Shown: positions 10,744 through 21,183 of the stretch, piece by piece
How positions within the stretch are numbered: the first letter of the stretch is position 1
How the letters are laid out: the number at the start of each line of letters is the position of its first letter
Assembly (NCBI GenBank): GCA_963741945.1
Contig: CAVUKA010000003.1
Location: forward strand, 787,998-851,997
Direction: 5' to 3'
Source: an uncultured Gemmatimonadales bacterium
GTDB taxonomy: Bacteria; Gemmatimonadota; Gemmatimonadetes; Longimicrobiales; RSA9
Length of the DNA: 64,000 nucleotides
Notes under the pieces: model-generated
Told to the model about the DNA's origin: nothing
Databases searched by the model: none
What the model saw: only the letters and a program-made list of their open reading frames with translations
Translations under genes and position numbers: made by a program

Positions 10744-10933
10744 GGAGCCTCCTTTTCGGGGGGAGTCGACTCCGAACATGTGACGCGGGGCAGGCTCCCG
10801 CTGTAGGGAAATGCCCCAAACCGGAGCATCCCCCGCTGCGATCGCGCCTCCAGCGGCGCGGCCACGTCGGAGGCGGGGGAGCGATTCCTGGACCCCGGTC
10901 CGCCGCGATCGGCGACCGCCACCCCGGCCGCGG

Positions 10934-12013
10934 CTAGGGCGTGACCAGGAGGAAGGCGAGCCCGAAGAGCGCGTAGACGGCCAGGAGCAGCACGCCTTCG
11001 AACCACGTCACCTCGCCGTCCTGGGCAATGGCATTCACGATGAAGGCCACGCTCGCGATGGCGATCAGCTCCACCGGGTTCTCGAACACCAGGTTCATGG
11101 GCGAGCCCATGGCGTACGAGACCAGGACCAGCACCGGCGCGAGCAGCAGCGCCACCTGGATGGTGGAGCCCACGGTGATGCTCATGACGAGGCTCATGCG
11201 ACCCTGGCGGGCGAAGTGGACCGCGGACACGTACTCCGCCGCGTTGCCCACTACCGCCAGCACGATCACGCCCAGGAAGAACGGCGTCAGGCCGAACCCC
11301 TCCGCCGTGGCGTCCAGTGCGCCCGAAACCAGCTCGGCCTCCACGGCCGTGATCGCCGTCCCGCCGGCGAGGACGACGAGGGAGAGCCAGACGGGCCAGA
11401 CGCCGCCCTCGGCGCCAGCCACCGCCTCGTCGTCCTCACGGGCGAACACGTCCCGGTGCGTCACGAAGGTGTAGACCAGATTGGCGACGTAGACCAGCAC
11501 CAGCACCACGGCCACGCCGAGGCTCAGCGTCTCGTCCAGCGCCGACACCGTGGCGGCGCCCTGAACGCCGCGCTCCATGTAGTCGAACAGGGCGGGCAGG
11601 AGCAGCGCGATCACCGACAGCACCAGCAGGCTCGAGAGCAGTCCGGCGCGCTCCCGGTTGAACGTGCGATGCTCCCGCCCCCACGTTCCCACCACCACCG
11701 CCAGCCCCAGCCCCAGCAGGCTGTTGCCGATGATGGAGCCCGTGATCTGCGCTTTCGCCACGGCCGCGTTTCCCGCCGCCAGGACGAACAGCGCCAGGAT
11801 CAGCTCGGCCGTGTTGCCGAACGTCACGTTCAGCAGCCCGCCCACCGCCGGGCCCGCCCGGCGCGCCAGGTGGTCCGTGGCCCGCCGGATCCACTCCGCC
11901 AGCGGCGCGATGGCCGCCACGGCCGCGGCGAACACCCACAGCGGCGAGACGTGCGCCACGTACTCCAGCGCGAGGGAGACGGGGACGAGGAGAAGGAGCC
12001 AGGCCGAGATCAT
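10934..12013 (-). CDS. cax: Calcium/proton exchanger (CAX family)
   Basis: Alpha-repeat motifs NVTFGNTAE and VVGNAAE, ~10 TM helices. Confidence 0.9.
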   Translation of the reverse strand: MISAWLLLLVPVSLALEYVAHVSPLWVFAAAVAAIAPLAEWIRRATDHLARRAGPAVGGLLNVTFGNTAELILALFVLAAGNAAVAKAQITGSIIGNSLLGLGLAVVVGTWGREHRTFNRERAGLLSSLLVLSVIALLLPALFDYMERGVQGAATVSALDETLSLGVAVVLVLVYVANLVYTFVTHRDVFAREDDEAVAGAEGGVWPVWLSLVVLAGGTAITAVEAELVSGALDATAEGFGLTPFFLGVIVLAVVGNAAEYVSAVHFARQGRMSLVMSITVGSTIQVALLLAPVLVLVSYAMGSPMNLVFENPVELIAIASVAFIVNAIAQDGEVTWFEGVLLLAVYALFGLAFLLVTP

Positions 12014-12032
12014 GGGCGTGGGTCCGGACGGA

Positions 12033-12929
12033 TCATCTCCGGATGACGAAGACGGCGCCCGTGGCCGCAGCTGCGGTCCAGGGCACCCGCTCCTCCACTC
12101 CGCCCTGCCGCCAGACCAGTGTCGCGAGGCCCGGGTCGACCGGTCCCAGATCGAGCTCGACCTCATGGCCAGGGCCGAGGAGAATCGGATCGGCGTCAGC
12201 ACCCGGACCCCGGAGCATCACCTCGACGGCGGAGGCCAGGCCATTCCGCACCGTCAGTGACCGGAGATTCGCCACCGCCGGTCCATCCTCGCGGCCTGCA
12301 GCGGCTTCGCCGGTCTCCGCGTCGCTGTGTAGACGCGAAGGCGACGGCTCCGCCCCATCCGGTCCGACGTTCTCGGCACCCCGAGGATCTGTCGGTTCCA
12401 CCGTGGCGCCGTCCCCGGCGGTGGACGCCGGTTCCGCCGTGGCAGCGTACCCGGCAGCGGAACCCGGTTCCACCGTGGCGCCGTCCCCGACGGCGTCCGC
12501 CGGTTCCGCCGGTTCCCTCGACACCGGCTCGGGCGAGAGCTGGACCAGCGGTCGGGGCCGATCATGGTCGGGGCGCTCCGCACCGCCGCTGCGGATGCCG
12601 CCCCGCGGCCCGGGAGTCGGCTGCTCCGTCGTCGCACCGATGGTCGCGTCGTACCGGGCAGCCCCGCTCAGGAAGCGGCCCCAGTCGGGCCAGAGCGTCG
12701 CAACCCATCCCACCAGCAGCACGGCGAGCAGGCCGGCCACGACGTTCGCCCACGTGGCCCTGACGGACACGAGCTCGACCGTCGCGCCGAGACCGAAACC
12801 CAGACCCATTCCGCTCAGGAGAATGACTTTGGGCGCCTCCGCGATATACAGCCCTGTCCCGGCGAGCAGGGCCAGCACCGACCCGCCGGCGACGGCGGCG
12901 AGAAGGGCGCTCGGGGTTCGTTTGGCCAC
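12033..12929 (-). CDS. Hypothetical membrane protein with Pro/Ala/Glu-rich linker
   Basis: Three N-terminal hydrophobic segments, duplicated GDGATVEP, small C-terminal domain. Confidence 0.55.
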   Translation of the reverse strand: MAKRTPSALLAAVAGGSVLALLAGTGLYIAEAPKVILLSGMGLGFGLGATVELVSVRATWANVVAGLLAVLLVGWVATLWPDWGRFLSGAARYDATIGATTEQPTPGPRGGIRSGGAERPDHDRPRPLVQLSPEPVSREPAEPADAVGDGATVEPGSAAGYAATAEPASTAGDGATVEPTDPRGAENVGPDGAEPSPSRLHSDAETGEAAAGREDGPAVANLRSLTVRNGLASAVEVMLRGPGADADPILLGPGHEVELDLGPVDPGLATLVWRQGGVEERVPWTAAAATGAVFVIRR

Positions 12930-13043
12930 GAGACCTCTACGCGTTGATCAGGTGATTTTCGCTGTAACGTAAGGTGCGGGCGCCCACCGCGCAGGTCCTC
13001 GCCCCCTGGAGCGGCCGGCGCGTCGATCCGCTACCTTCCCGCC

Positions 13044-13694
13044 ATGATCACCACGGGCTGGAGCGTCGCCGCGGCGGCCGCCGCGGTCACCCTGATCGCA
13101 GGCATCGGAGCCGCCGTCGCGGACGCCGCAGGCAAGCCGGGACGCGGCCCGCTCAAGATGCTGGCCGCGTCCGGATACCTGGCGTTCGCATGGAGCCAGG
13201 GCGCGCTGGAGTCGCCGTACGGCCGCGTGGTCTTCCTGGCTCTCGGGCTCTCCTGGGCCGGCGACTTCCTCCTCCTCGGCGACGGCCGCCGCGCCTTCGT
13301 CGCCGGGCTCGTCGCGTTCCTCCTGGCCCACCTGGCCTTCGCCGCCGCGTTCACCCTCCACGGCGTGACCGCGCCCGTGGCCGCCGGGGCCGGCGTCGCC
13401 ATGCTGGCGGTGGACGCCATGGTCCTGCGCTGGCTCCTGGCCGCCGACCTCCCGGCGCCCATGCGCGCTCCGCTGACAGCCTACCTCGTGGCCATTGCCC
13501 TCATGGTGGCGCTGGCCGCGGGCACGGGGAGTGCAGGGGTGGCCGCGGGCGCCATCGCCTTCGCGGCGTCCGACATTTTCGTCGCCCGGCAGCGCTTCGT
13601 GCGACGCTCCGCCATGAACCGGCTCATCGGGCTCCCCCTCTACTTCGCCGGGCAGCTTCTGCTGGCGGCCTCGGTGGGCGGGCCCGGCGCCTGA
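13044..13694 (+). CDS. YhhN/lysoplasmalogenase-family membrane protein
   Basis: LSWAGDFLL, AFLLAH, SDIFVA and LYFAGQ motifs. Confidence 0.85.
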   Translation: MITTGWSVAAAAAAVTLIAGIGAAVADAAGKPGRGPLKMLAASGYLAFAWSQGALESPYGRVVFLALGLSWAGDFLLLGDGRRAFVAGLVAFLLAHLAFAAAFTLHGVTAPVAAGAGVAMLAVDAMVLRWLLAADLPAPMRAPLTAYLVAIALMVALAAGTGSAGVAAGAIAFAASDIFVARQRFVRRSAMNRLIGLPLYFAGQLLLAASVGGPGA

Positions 13695-13789
13695 GCCCCG
13701 GCGTCGGCGGCCGTCGCTTGCCCCGGCCGCCCGAGCGTCGCAATCGTCGCCACAATCAGCCGAAACACTCCACTGAAAGGACGGCAACC

Positions 13790-14164
13790 ATGCGATACAC
13801 GCTCTTCCTGCACTACGCCGAGCCGGCACCGGGCGAGCTCGACGACGCGACCATGGAGGCGGGGAGGACGGCAATGCGCGACTACGCGCAGGCGCTGGTG
13901 CGCGCCGGTGTCCTCGTCTCCGCGGAAGTCTTCCAGCCGTCCGCCCGCGCCACCACCGTCCGCGTGGCGGATGGCGCGCCCCGCGTCCACGACGGGCCGT
14001 TCACCGGGAGCAGGGAACAGATCGGCGGCACGTTCGTCCTGGATGTCCCCGACCGCGAGAGCGCCGTCGACTGGGCGACGAAGTGCCCGGCCGCACGGTG
14101 GGGCGCAGTCGAGCTCCGTCCGGCCGCCGCGCGCGTCGTCGACGGCCACTGGGTGGAAGCCTGA
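13790..14164 (+). CDS. YciI/DGPF-domain protein
   Basis: HDGPFTGSREQIGG...AVELRP. GAAAGGA precedes ATG 13790. Confidence 0.85.
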   Translation: MRYTLFLHYAEPAPGELDDATMEAGRTAMRDYAQALVRAGVLVSAEVFQPSARATTVRVADGAPRVHDGPFTGSREQIGGTFVLDVPDRESAVDWATKCPAARWGAVELRPAAARVVDGHWVEA

Positions 14165-14264
14165 GTCCTCGAGTTCGCGGGCGCGGCCGTTCCCACCCCG
14201 CCGGCCCGGTTCTTCCAACGTTCCGGCCCTCGCTCGCCGCACGCACCCGTGACCCGACCGATCC

Positions 14265-16316
14265 ATGACCCACGCACACTCCGCCACAGGGGCTCCCCGG
14301 GGCACCCGCGACTCCGCCGCGGAAGCTGGCGGGGCCACCGCCGCCCGCGGTGCCGCCATAGCCGCCGCCGTAGCCGCCACCCTCCCTGCCGCCGTAGTCG
14401 CCGCCTGCGCCTTCGCCCTCGCCCTCGCGCCGCGGCCCGCCACCGCCCAGGCCGGCGTGGCCGCGGCCGCCGCGCCGGACACCGGGCTCTGGGTTCCGCG
14501 CAACATCGAGGCGGCCATCGCCGCCGGGACCCGCACCCTCACCGGCGCACCGGGGCCCCGGTACTGGCAGAACCACGCGCGCTACAGCATCGACCTCTTC
14601 CTCAGCCCGCCGTCGCCGACCGTGCACGGGGAGGCGGAGATCGTCTACCACAACGAGAGCCCGGACACGCTGGACCACCTCGTGTTCAAGCTCATCGGCA
14701 ACATCCACAAGCCGGGCGCGGCCCGGAGCAGAGGCGTGCCGCCGGAGTTCCTGACGAGCGGGATCCGCATCGACTCGTTCGCGGTGAACGGCACCGTCGC
14801 CGGGTTCCCGCAGGGTGCCATGGTATTCACCACGCCCGCCGTCGGGCTGCCGGAGCCCCTTCTCCCGGGCGACTCCGTCCACCTCGCCATCGGCTGGCGC
14901 TACGACCTCGCCCCGTCCGGCCCCACCGGGGCGCGCGAGGGCGTGGTAGACGCCACGTCGTTCTTCCTCGCCTACTTCTATCCGGAAGTGGCCGTCTACG
15001 ACGACTATCAGGGATGGGACGACATCGCGTTCAACGGCCGCCAGGAGTTCTACACCGACTTCAACGACTACGACGTCCGCGTTCACGTCCCGGCCGGGTT
15101 CGTGGTCTGGGGGACGGGGACGCTGCACGACCCGGAGCGCCTGCTCCAGCCGGGCGCGCTCCGGCGCTACCGCGCGTCGCTGGAGGCGGACGCCGTCGTC
15201 CATATCGCGACGGCGGACCAGATGCTGGCCGGCCGGATCACCACGCCGGGCCCGCCGCTGACCTGGCGCTTCACGTCCAGCCACATCCCCGATGTGGCGT
15301 TCGGCGTCAGTGACCACTACGCCTGGGACGGCACCAGCGTGGTCGTGGATAGCGCCACCGGCCGGCGCGCCAGCGTGCAGAGCGCGTACAGCGCGGACGC
15401 CGCCGACTACCCGTTCATGACTCGTTGGGCCGCCCACGCCCTCGACTACTTCTCCCGCCGGTGGCCGGGCGTGCCATACCCCTACGAGAAGTCCACCATC
15501 TTCCAGGGCGACGCCGACATGGAGTACCCGATGATGGTCAACGACGCCGCCGAGCCCGACACCGCCATCTCCCGCTGGGTGGCCGAGCACGAGATCGCCC
15601 ACACCTACATGCCCTTCTACATGGGGATCGACCAGACCCGCTGGGGCTTCATGGACGAGGGGTGGGCCACCGCCTTCGAGTACTTCATCAACCGGGCGAA
15701 CATGGGCGAGGCGTGGGCGGACAGCCTCTTCCGGGCGGTCCGCGTCCGCGACTGGATCACTGACCCGTCGCCCGCCGAGGACGTGGCCATCATCACCCCC
15801 GAGGAGATCCTCGGCGCCAGCGTCACCTACGCACACAACGCCTACGGCAAGCCCGCCCTCGGGTACCTGGCCGTGAAGGACCTCCTCGGCGACACGCTCT
15901 TCCGTCGCGCGCTCCACGCCTACATGGCCACCTGGCATGGCAGGCACCCGTCGCCATGGGACTTCTTCTATTCATTCAATACGACGACGGGCCGCGACCT
16001 CGACTGGTTCTGGCAGCGCTGGTTCTTCGCCAACAGCTACATCGACCGCAGGCTCGTGGGCGTCGCGCGCACCGGCGACGGTTACCGGCTCTCCGTCCGG
16101 AACGTGGGTGGGATGCCCGCGCCGTTCGACGTGGTCCTCACGTTCGCGGACGGGTCCACGCGGCGAGTCCACCAGACGCCGGCCGTCTGGAAGGCGGACC
16201 CCGACATGGCCACGTTCACAGTCCCCACCGACCGGCCGGTCCGCGCCATCAGGCTGGACGGCGGGATCTGGATGGACGCGACACCCGCGGACGACGGCTG
16301 GACAACGCCCGAATAG
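14265..16316 (+). CDS. M1-family zinc metallopeptidase, secreted
   Basis: DMEYP, HEIAH...MDEG, signal peptide. Paralogous to 7025-9142. Confidence 0.88.
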   Translation: MTHAHSATGAPRGTRDSAAEAGGATAARGAAIAAAVAATLPAAVVAACAFALALAPRPATAQAGVAAAAAPDTGLWVPRNIEAAIAAGTRTLTGAPGPRYWQNHARYSIDLFLSPPSPTVHGEAEIVYHNESPDTLDHLVFKLIGNIHKPGAARSRGVPPEFLTSGIRIDSFAVNGTVAGFPQGAMVFTTPAVGLPEPLLPGDSVHLAIGWRYDLAPSGPTGAREGVVDATSFFLAYFYPEVAVYDDYQGWDDIAFNGRQEFYTDFNDYDVRVHVPAGFVVWGTGTLHDPERLLQPGALRRYRASLEADAVVHIATADQMLAGRITTPGPPLTWRFTSSHIPDVAFGVSDHYAWDGTSVVVDSATGRRASVQSAYSADAADYPFMTRWAAHALDYFSRRWPGVPYPYEKSTIFQGDADMEYPMMVNDAAEPDTAISRWVAEHEIAHTYMPFYMGIDQTRWGFMDEGWATAFEYFINRANMGEAWADSLFRAVRVRDWITDPSPAEDVAIITPEEILGASVTYAHNAYGKPALGYLAVKDLLGDTLFRRALHAYMATWHGRHPSPWDFFYSFNTTTGRDLDWFWQRWFFANSYIDRRLVGVARTGDGYRLSVRNVGGMPAPFDVVLTFADGSTRRVHQTPAVWKADPDMATFTVPTDRPVRAIRLDGGIWMDATPADDGWTTPE

Positions 16317-16332
16317 CCGGCGGCACGCGGCG

Positions 16333-18483
16333 TCAGTCGCGCTCGCTCGTTTCCCTGGAAGGCTCGCCCGCGCGGGATCCATCGGATCTCCGGGCACGCT
16401 GGAGCTGCTCTTCGGTGCTGCCGGGCTCGAGTCGTCGGGGCAGCTCCACGATGAAGGTGGAGCCGACACCATACTCGCTCTCGACCTGGATCCTGCCGTT
16501 CAGCAGTGCGACCAGCTTCCGTGTGATCGTGAGACCGAGCCCCGTCCCCCCGTACTCGCGGGTGGGGGACTGGTCCACCTGGCGGAAGTCCGCGAACACG
16601 GCCTCCAGGTTCTCCGCCTTGATCCCGATTCCGGTGTCGCTCACGTCGATCCGCAGACGATCGTCCGCGAGCGGGCGCGCCCTCAGCGTCACGCCGCCCT
16701 CGGACGTGAACTTGATGGCGTTGGAAAGCAGGTTCAGCAGGATCTGCTTGAGCTTCATGCGGTCGGTGAAGAGGGTCGGGAAGTCCTTCTCCACTTCGAC
16801 GGTCAGCGTCAGCTGCTTCTCACGGACGAGCGGGTCGAGCGCCCCGGTCAGCTCGCCCACGACCTGGGGCACCGATACGTCGTCGAGATGAACGGGCATC
16901 TTCCCCGCTTCGATCTTCGACAGGTCCAGGATGTCGTTGATCAGCTCCAGCAGGTGCTGCGTGGCGATGTCCACCCGCTTCAGCCCTCTCTTCTGCTGGT
17001 CGGTCAGCGGGCCGTAGATCTCGTCGCGCAGCAGCGAGGTGTAGCCGATCACCGCGTTGATCGGCGTTCGCAGCTCGTGGCTCATGGTCGCCAGGAAGTT
17101 GCTCTTCAGTCGCGAGGCCCGCTCCAGCTCCTGGCTCTGCCATTCCAGCCGCCGGTTCCGCTCCTCCAGCTCCACGGTCGCCAGATGGATCCGCTCCTCC
17201 AACTGGTCGTTGAGCTCCCGCAGCTCCCGCGCGAGCCGCTCGTTCTCGACCATCTGCGTGAGGTCGTGGATCACGCTCACGATGGCCGTCGCCTCCCCCC
17301 GGGCGTTCAGGATCTTGCTGCTCACCACCTCGGCCGTGAAGCTGGTCCCGCTCTCCGGCGCCTGCAGGTCGAGTGTCTGGACGAGCCGCGTCTCCGGCTC
17401 CAGGAGAAAGTCGCTGATCAGGCTGGTGAGCTTCATGTCGTTCGCCCGCACGGCCCGCTTCCGGTCCGGACCGGCCGCCTCGGGCCGCTGTGGGTCGAAC
17501 AGCAGCTCCGCCTCCCGGTTCATCAGGATGATGTTGGAGTGGTCATCCGTGAGGAGGATGGGGTCACCGACGTTCTCCAGCGTGGCGTTCAGCCGCTCCC
17601 ACTCCTGCCGGACCCGCTCCTCGGCGGTCCGCGACCGTCGGAACTCGGCCTCCAGCTCGGTCAGCGCCCGCTTCAGGTCCGTGATGTTGCGGAGGATCGA
17701 CAGGTACGAGCGTTCCATTCCTTCCCGCTCCACCGGTGCCGGAAGCACTTCGAAGAGCAGGTCCGACCCGTCCGTGGGGTGGACCAGGCTCAGCTCCCGC
17801 GGCTTGGCGGTGCTGGTGCTGATCACGGAGCGCGTGAGGAACGAGCTGAACAGCAGGTTGTTCAGCTGGATGGCCCGGCGGCGGCCGTCGCTGTCCCCGG
17901 GCTGGGTGGCGAACAGCTGCTCTGCCCGGTCGTTCGCCAGCAGGATGTTGTTGCTGGCGTTGGTCAGCAGGACAGGGTCGGGGAGGCTGTTGACGATCGT
18001 GGTGAGCAGCTCACGGTCCCGCGACAGGCACTGGGCACGCCGCTGCAGCTCGCTCAGGAGGCGGATCCGGTCCAGCTCGGGCGCGTGCTCCTCGAACACG
18101 CCCCGGAACGATGCCACCGCGCTTTCGCTGGCATCGGCCTCCACCAGCGCTGCGCCCCAGCTGGAATCGCTGCGGCCGAGGCGCAGCAGCAGGACGTCGC
18201 TCGGCGCAGCTTCCGGCACGCGCACCCGCCCGCTGCCTGGCGTGCGCAGCCCTGCGCCGAGCGGCGTGTCCGGGTCGGACGCCGCCCGCTCCAGCGCCCG
18301 GACCCCGTTTCCCTGGTGGCCGAAGCCCAGCGCGCGATACCGGTCGCCGTTCTGGAAAACGACGAACGCGCGATGCACGCCGCTTCCGTTGACAGCCTGC
18401 TCCAGCACCAGTGTCACTGCTTCATCGAGGTCGCCCGTCCGGGCGAGGCGAGCCGCGAGGGAGGGAGAGGGGGACCCCATCAC
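16333..18483 (-). CDS. Soluble PAS-domain sensor histidine kinase (GAF-like + 2 PAS + HisKA + HATPase)
   Basis: MSHELRTP, NLLSNAIKFT, DTGIGI, GGTGLGL. Two PAS-like repeats (SLPDPVLLTN / NVGDPILLTD). No TM helix seen. Confidence 0.92.
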   Translation of the reverse strand: MMGSPSPSLAARLARTGDLDEAVTLVLEQAVNGSGVHRAFVVFQNGDRYRALGFGHQGNGVRALERAASDPDTPLGAGLRTPGSGRVRVPEAAPSDVLLLRLGRSDSSWGAALVEADASESAVASFRGVFEEHAPELDRIRLLSELQRRAQCLSRDRELLTTIVNSLPDPVLLTNASNNILLANDRAEQLFATQPGDSDGRRRAIQLNNLLFSSFLTRSVISTSTAKPRELSLVHPTDGSDLLFEVLPAPVEREGMERSYLSILRNITDLKRALTELEAEFRRSRTAEERVRQEWERLNATLENVGDPILLTDDHSNIILMNREAELLFDPQRPEAAGPDRKRAVRANDMKLTSLISDFLLEPETRLVQTLDLQAPESGTSFTAEVVSSKILNARGEATAIVSVIHDLTQMVENERLARELRELNDQLEERIHLATVELEERNRRLEWQSQELERASRLKSNFLATMSHELRTPINAVIGYTSLLRDEIYGPLTDQQKRGLKRVDIATQHLLELINDILDLSKIEAGKMPVHLDDVSVPQVVGELTGALDPLVREKQLTLTVEVEKDFPTLFTDRMKLKQILLNLLSNAIKFTSEGGVTLRARPLADDRLRIDVSDTGIGIKAENLEAVFADFRQVDQSPTREYGGTGLGLTITRKLVALLNGRIQVESEYGVGSTFIVELPRRLEPGSTEEQLQRARRSDGSRAGEPSRETSERD

Positions 18484-18492
18484 GCGCCCGAC

Positions 18493-18807
18493 CTAGTCCA
18501 CCTCTCGCAGGTCCGCCTCTCGCAGGCGCTTGCGGAGCTCGAGGTTCTCGGCGCGCATCCGCGCCAGCTCCGCCTGCTCGCCGCTCGTCAGCGCCTGAGG
18601 CCGCGATATGGACGGCAGCGTGCCCACGGCCTCGGCGTACTTGAGGTACGTGTCGATGGCGGCCACGACGATCCGGGCTTCCACCGTGACGAGGTCGATC
18701 CCTACGAGCGAGACGCGCACGTATGCGTCGATCACGATGCCCTTGTCCAGGACTCGATCGAGCACGTCGATGAGGCTCGTCCCTGCTGGTGCCCTCTCTA
18801 CCGCCAT
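18493..18807 (-). CDS. gvpA: Gas vesicle structural protein GvpA with C-terminal extension
   Basis: [52 protein letters not shown]. Confidence 0.9.
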   Translation of the reverse strand: MAVERAPAGTSLIDVLDRVLDKGIVIDAYVRVSLVGIDLVTVEARIVVAAIDTYLKYAEAVGTLPSISRPQALTSGEQAELARMRAENLELRKRLREADLREVD

Positions 18808-18838
18808 GGAGCCTTCTCCGGTTCCGTAGGTGCGCACG

Positions 18839-19150
18839 TCATTCGGCCGTGAGCCGATGCTCCTCGAGGCTCTGCAATCTTCGTGACAGCTCGTCCAGCC
18901 GCTGGCTGATCTCCCGCCCGTCCTGCGCTCGCGTGGAGAGCCGCGGGTCCGTCTTCCACCAGTCCATCCCGATCTCCTGCGCCTTGTCCAGCGAGCAGAC
19001 CAGGAGCCGGATCTGGATCGTCAGCAGCTCCACGTCCGCCAGCTGGATCCGGATGTCGCCGGCGATCATCAGCCCTTTGTCCAGCACCCGGTCGAGAACA
19101 TCGACGAGTCCCTGGGACCGCTCCGGCCCCAATTCGTACAGTTCTGCCAC
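18839..19150 (-). CDS. gvpJ: GvpA/J-family gas vesicle protein (GvpJ-like)
   Basis: [29 protein letters not shown]...[13 protein letters not shown]. Confidence 0.8.
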   Translation of the reverse strand: MAELYELGPERSQGLVDVLDRVLDKGLMIAGDIRIQLADVELLTIQIRLLVCSLDKAQEIGMDWWKTDPRLSTRAQDGREISQRLDELSRRLQSLEEHRLTAE

Positions 19151-19169
19151 GGCGGTCGTCCTTCCCGGT

Positions 19170-19511
19170 TCAGACGAGTCGGCCCAGGGGGCCGAGGTCG
19201 ATGTTCAGGTCTTCCTTCTCCAATCCGAAGACCTGGCGGATCGTGTCCAGCCTCTCCTCGAGTCGCAGGAGCGCCAGCCCGAGCCGCTCCGTCTCTTCGT
19301 CCGTCAGTGTTCCCCCCTCCATCCGCCGCACCGCCTGGTGCTCCAGGACCTGGCGGACGAACTCCACGAGCGTCAGCACGAGCTGGCTCACGCCCGACTC
19401 GATGTCGTCCGGGGTGGCCTCCAGACGGCGGGGCAGCGATGGCGCCGCCTCTCGCAGCTGTGCCGCCCCCCGCTCCGGCTCGAGCTCCCGTGCGCCGTTC
19501 GAAGTTTCCAT
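19170..19511 (-). CDS. gvpK: Gas vesicle protein K
   Basis: LVLTLVEFVRQVLEHQAVRRMEGGTL...DLNIDLGPLG. Confidence 0.88.
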   Translation of the reverse strand: METSNGARELEPERGAAQLREAAPSLPRRLEATPDDIESGVSQLVLTLVEFVRQVLEHQAVRRMEGGTLTDEETERLGLALLRLEERLDTIRQVFGLEKEDLNIDLGPLGRLV

Positions 19512-19515
19512 TCCG

Positions 19516-20196
19516 CTACGGCTGCTCGTCCATGAATCCGTACGGCGGCCAGGGGCCTGTGAGGACGAAGCGCGCTCCGCCCTCCGGAGCGGCGAACTGC
19601 CCGAACCGCCGCCGGTAGGCACGAGCCCGGTCACGGTCCACGAGATGCGCGATCGACACCAGGCTGCCGCCGCCGTCCTCCCGCACCCGCTGGTCCCGGA
19701 CCAGGTCGCCCAGGAACGTCCGCAGCTCGCCCGCCACCTGCCGCCCGCGCTCCCGGGCCGCTTCCGCCGCCCGCCGCCGCCGCGCGAGTCCCTCCAGGTA
19801 GGCCCGGCCGCTGGTCCGGTCCGGCGGCGCGCCCACCGGCCGCCGTTTCGGGCCGACCACGCGCACGCCGAATTCGAGCGCGCCGCGCACACGCTCCAGC
19901 GCGCGGCCGAGTTCCGGCCCACGATGCGCGAGCGCTTCCTCCAGCCCCGCCCGGCTCCCGAACCACTGGCCGAATCGCATCGGCAGCGCCGTCACCCGCT
20001 CGACCGACCGCTCCACGACCCGGTTGTGCTCCCGGATGCGGTCGACTGTCGCCAGCCCCGGAGGAGCGCCCTCGGAGACCCAGGCGCGGAGCCCGGCCGC
20101 GTCCACGGCCACGACATCCGCCGCGTCGAGGCCACGCAGCTCCGGCGGCGGATCCAGGGTCGGCGGACCCACGCAGTAGAGATAGAGTCCCATCAC
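19516..20196 (-). CDS. GvpL/GvpF-family gas vesicle protein
   Basis: LYLYCV start, LPMRFG, SGRAYL, TGPWPPYGF. Confidence 0.85.
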   Translation of the reverse strand: MMGLYLYCVGPPTLDPPPELRGLDAADVVAVDAAGLRAWVSEGAPPGLATVDRIREHNRVVERSVERVTALPMRFGQWFGSRAGLEEALAHRGPELGRALERVRGALEFGVRVVGPKRRPVGAPPDRTSGRAYLEGLARRRRAAEAARERGRQVAGELRTFLGDLVRDQRVREDGGGSLVSIAHLVDRDRARAYRRRFGQFAAPEGGARFVLTGPWPPYGFMDEQP

Positions 20197-20402
20197 GCCT
20201 CCCGGACATCAGCGGCCGGAGACGCCAGCCGCCCCTCCAGCGCCTCGACCCCGGCCAGGAGCAGGTGGAGCTGGAGGTAGATCAGATCGATCCCCGCCAC
20301 ACTGATCGTCACGTCCCCCCGGAGCACCACGCCCCGGTCCAGCACCCGGTCCACCAGCTCCACGAGGCGGACCCGCTCGTCCAGCGTGAGATCCCTACTC
20401 AT
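20193..20402 (-). CDS. Short GvpA/J/S-family gas vesicle protein (GvpS-like)
   Basis: LVELVDRVLDRGVVLRGDVTISVAGIDLIYL. Confidence 0.82.
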   Translation of the reverse strand: MSRDLTLDERVRLVELVDRVLDRGVVLRGDVTISVAGIDLIYLQLHLLLAGVEALEGRLASPAADVREA

Positions 20403-21174
20403 GGGCCGCGAGAAACCGGTAGGGCGCCCATGGGCCGGTCAGATGCACAGTCAGGCCCAGCTGCTCGAGGCGGGGCACCTCCCGCGCCAGTGCATCCCGC
20501 ACCTCGCCACGCCGCGCGCGCCCGATCAGCAACGCTGCGTTCAGCGTCACCGGGGCCGCATCCCCGGGCGGCTCCAGCCGCACCACGTCCTCCGCCATGG
20601 ACCCGAGCCGCTCCAGCAGCTCTCCGGCGAGCCGCCCCGCGGCCCGGCGCCCTTCACCGCGCGCCAGGTCCGTGCGCTTCTTCTCGAGCAGGAACCGCTT
20701 GCCGGGCGTCGCTTCGGCGATCTCGCGGTCCAGCGCCGCCACCGTGTCCGAGACCTCCCCGATGTGCTGCAGGAGGCGAGCCTGGTCCGCGGACACCTTC
20801 AGGTCCCACTCGTCCACCTCGCCGAACCGGTCCAGCCGGTCCCGGATCCGACCCGTCCTGGCGCCCACCTCCGCGCGCAGCGCCTCCAGGTCCGTGAACA
20901 GCGTCAGCAGCCGCGACGGGAGGATCCGGGCATGGTCCACGAACCACGCCACCACCTGCTCGTGCCTGAGCCCCTGCTCCGCCATCCAGGCGACGTCGCC
21001 ACTGCTCCGCTCCAGCGCCGACTCCTCGTATCCGGGCGACTCCAGCCGGGCCACGATGGCCGCGACGCCGTCCAGCGCCACCAGCTCCACTTCCGCGTCG
21101 CCCACTCCCAGCAGACCGCGCTCCGGCAGCGCCGTCGCCTCGTCCGTGAACCCGTACAGGTAGAGCACGCTCAT
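20395..21174 (-). CDS. GvpL/GvpF-family gas vesicle protein
   Basis: LYLYGF start, HEQVV, PGKRFL, TGPWAPYRF. Confidence 0.85.
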   Translation of the reverse strand: MSVLYLYGFTDEATALPERGLLGVGDAEVELVALDGVAAIVARLESPGYEESALERSSGDVAWMAEQGLRHEQVVAWFVDHARILPSRLLTLFTDLEALRAEVGARTGRIRDRLDRFGEVDEWDLKVSADQARLLQHIGEVSDTVAALDREIAEATPGKRFLLEKKRTDLARGEGRRAAGRLAGELLERLGSMAEDVVRLEPPGDAAPVTLNAALLIGRARRGEVRDALAREVPRLEQLGLTVHLTGPWAPYRFLAAHE

Positions 21175-21183
21175 CCGCAGCCG

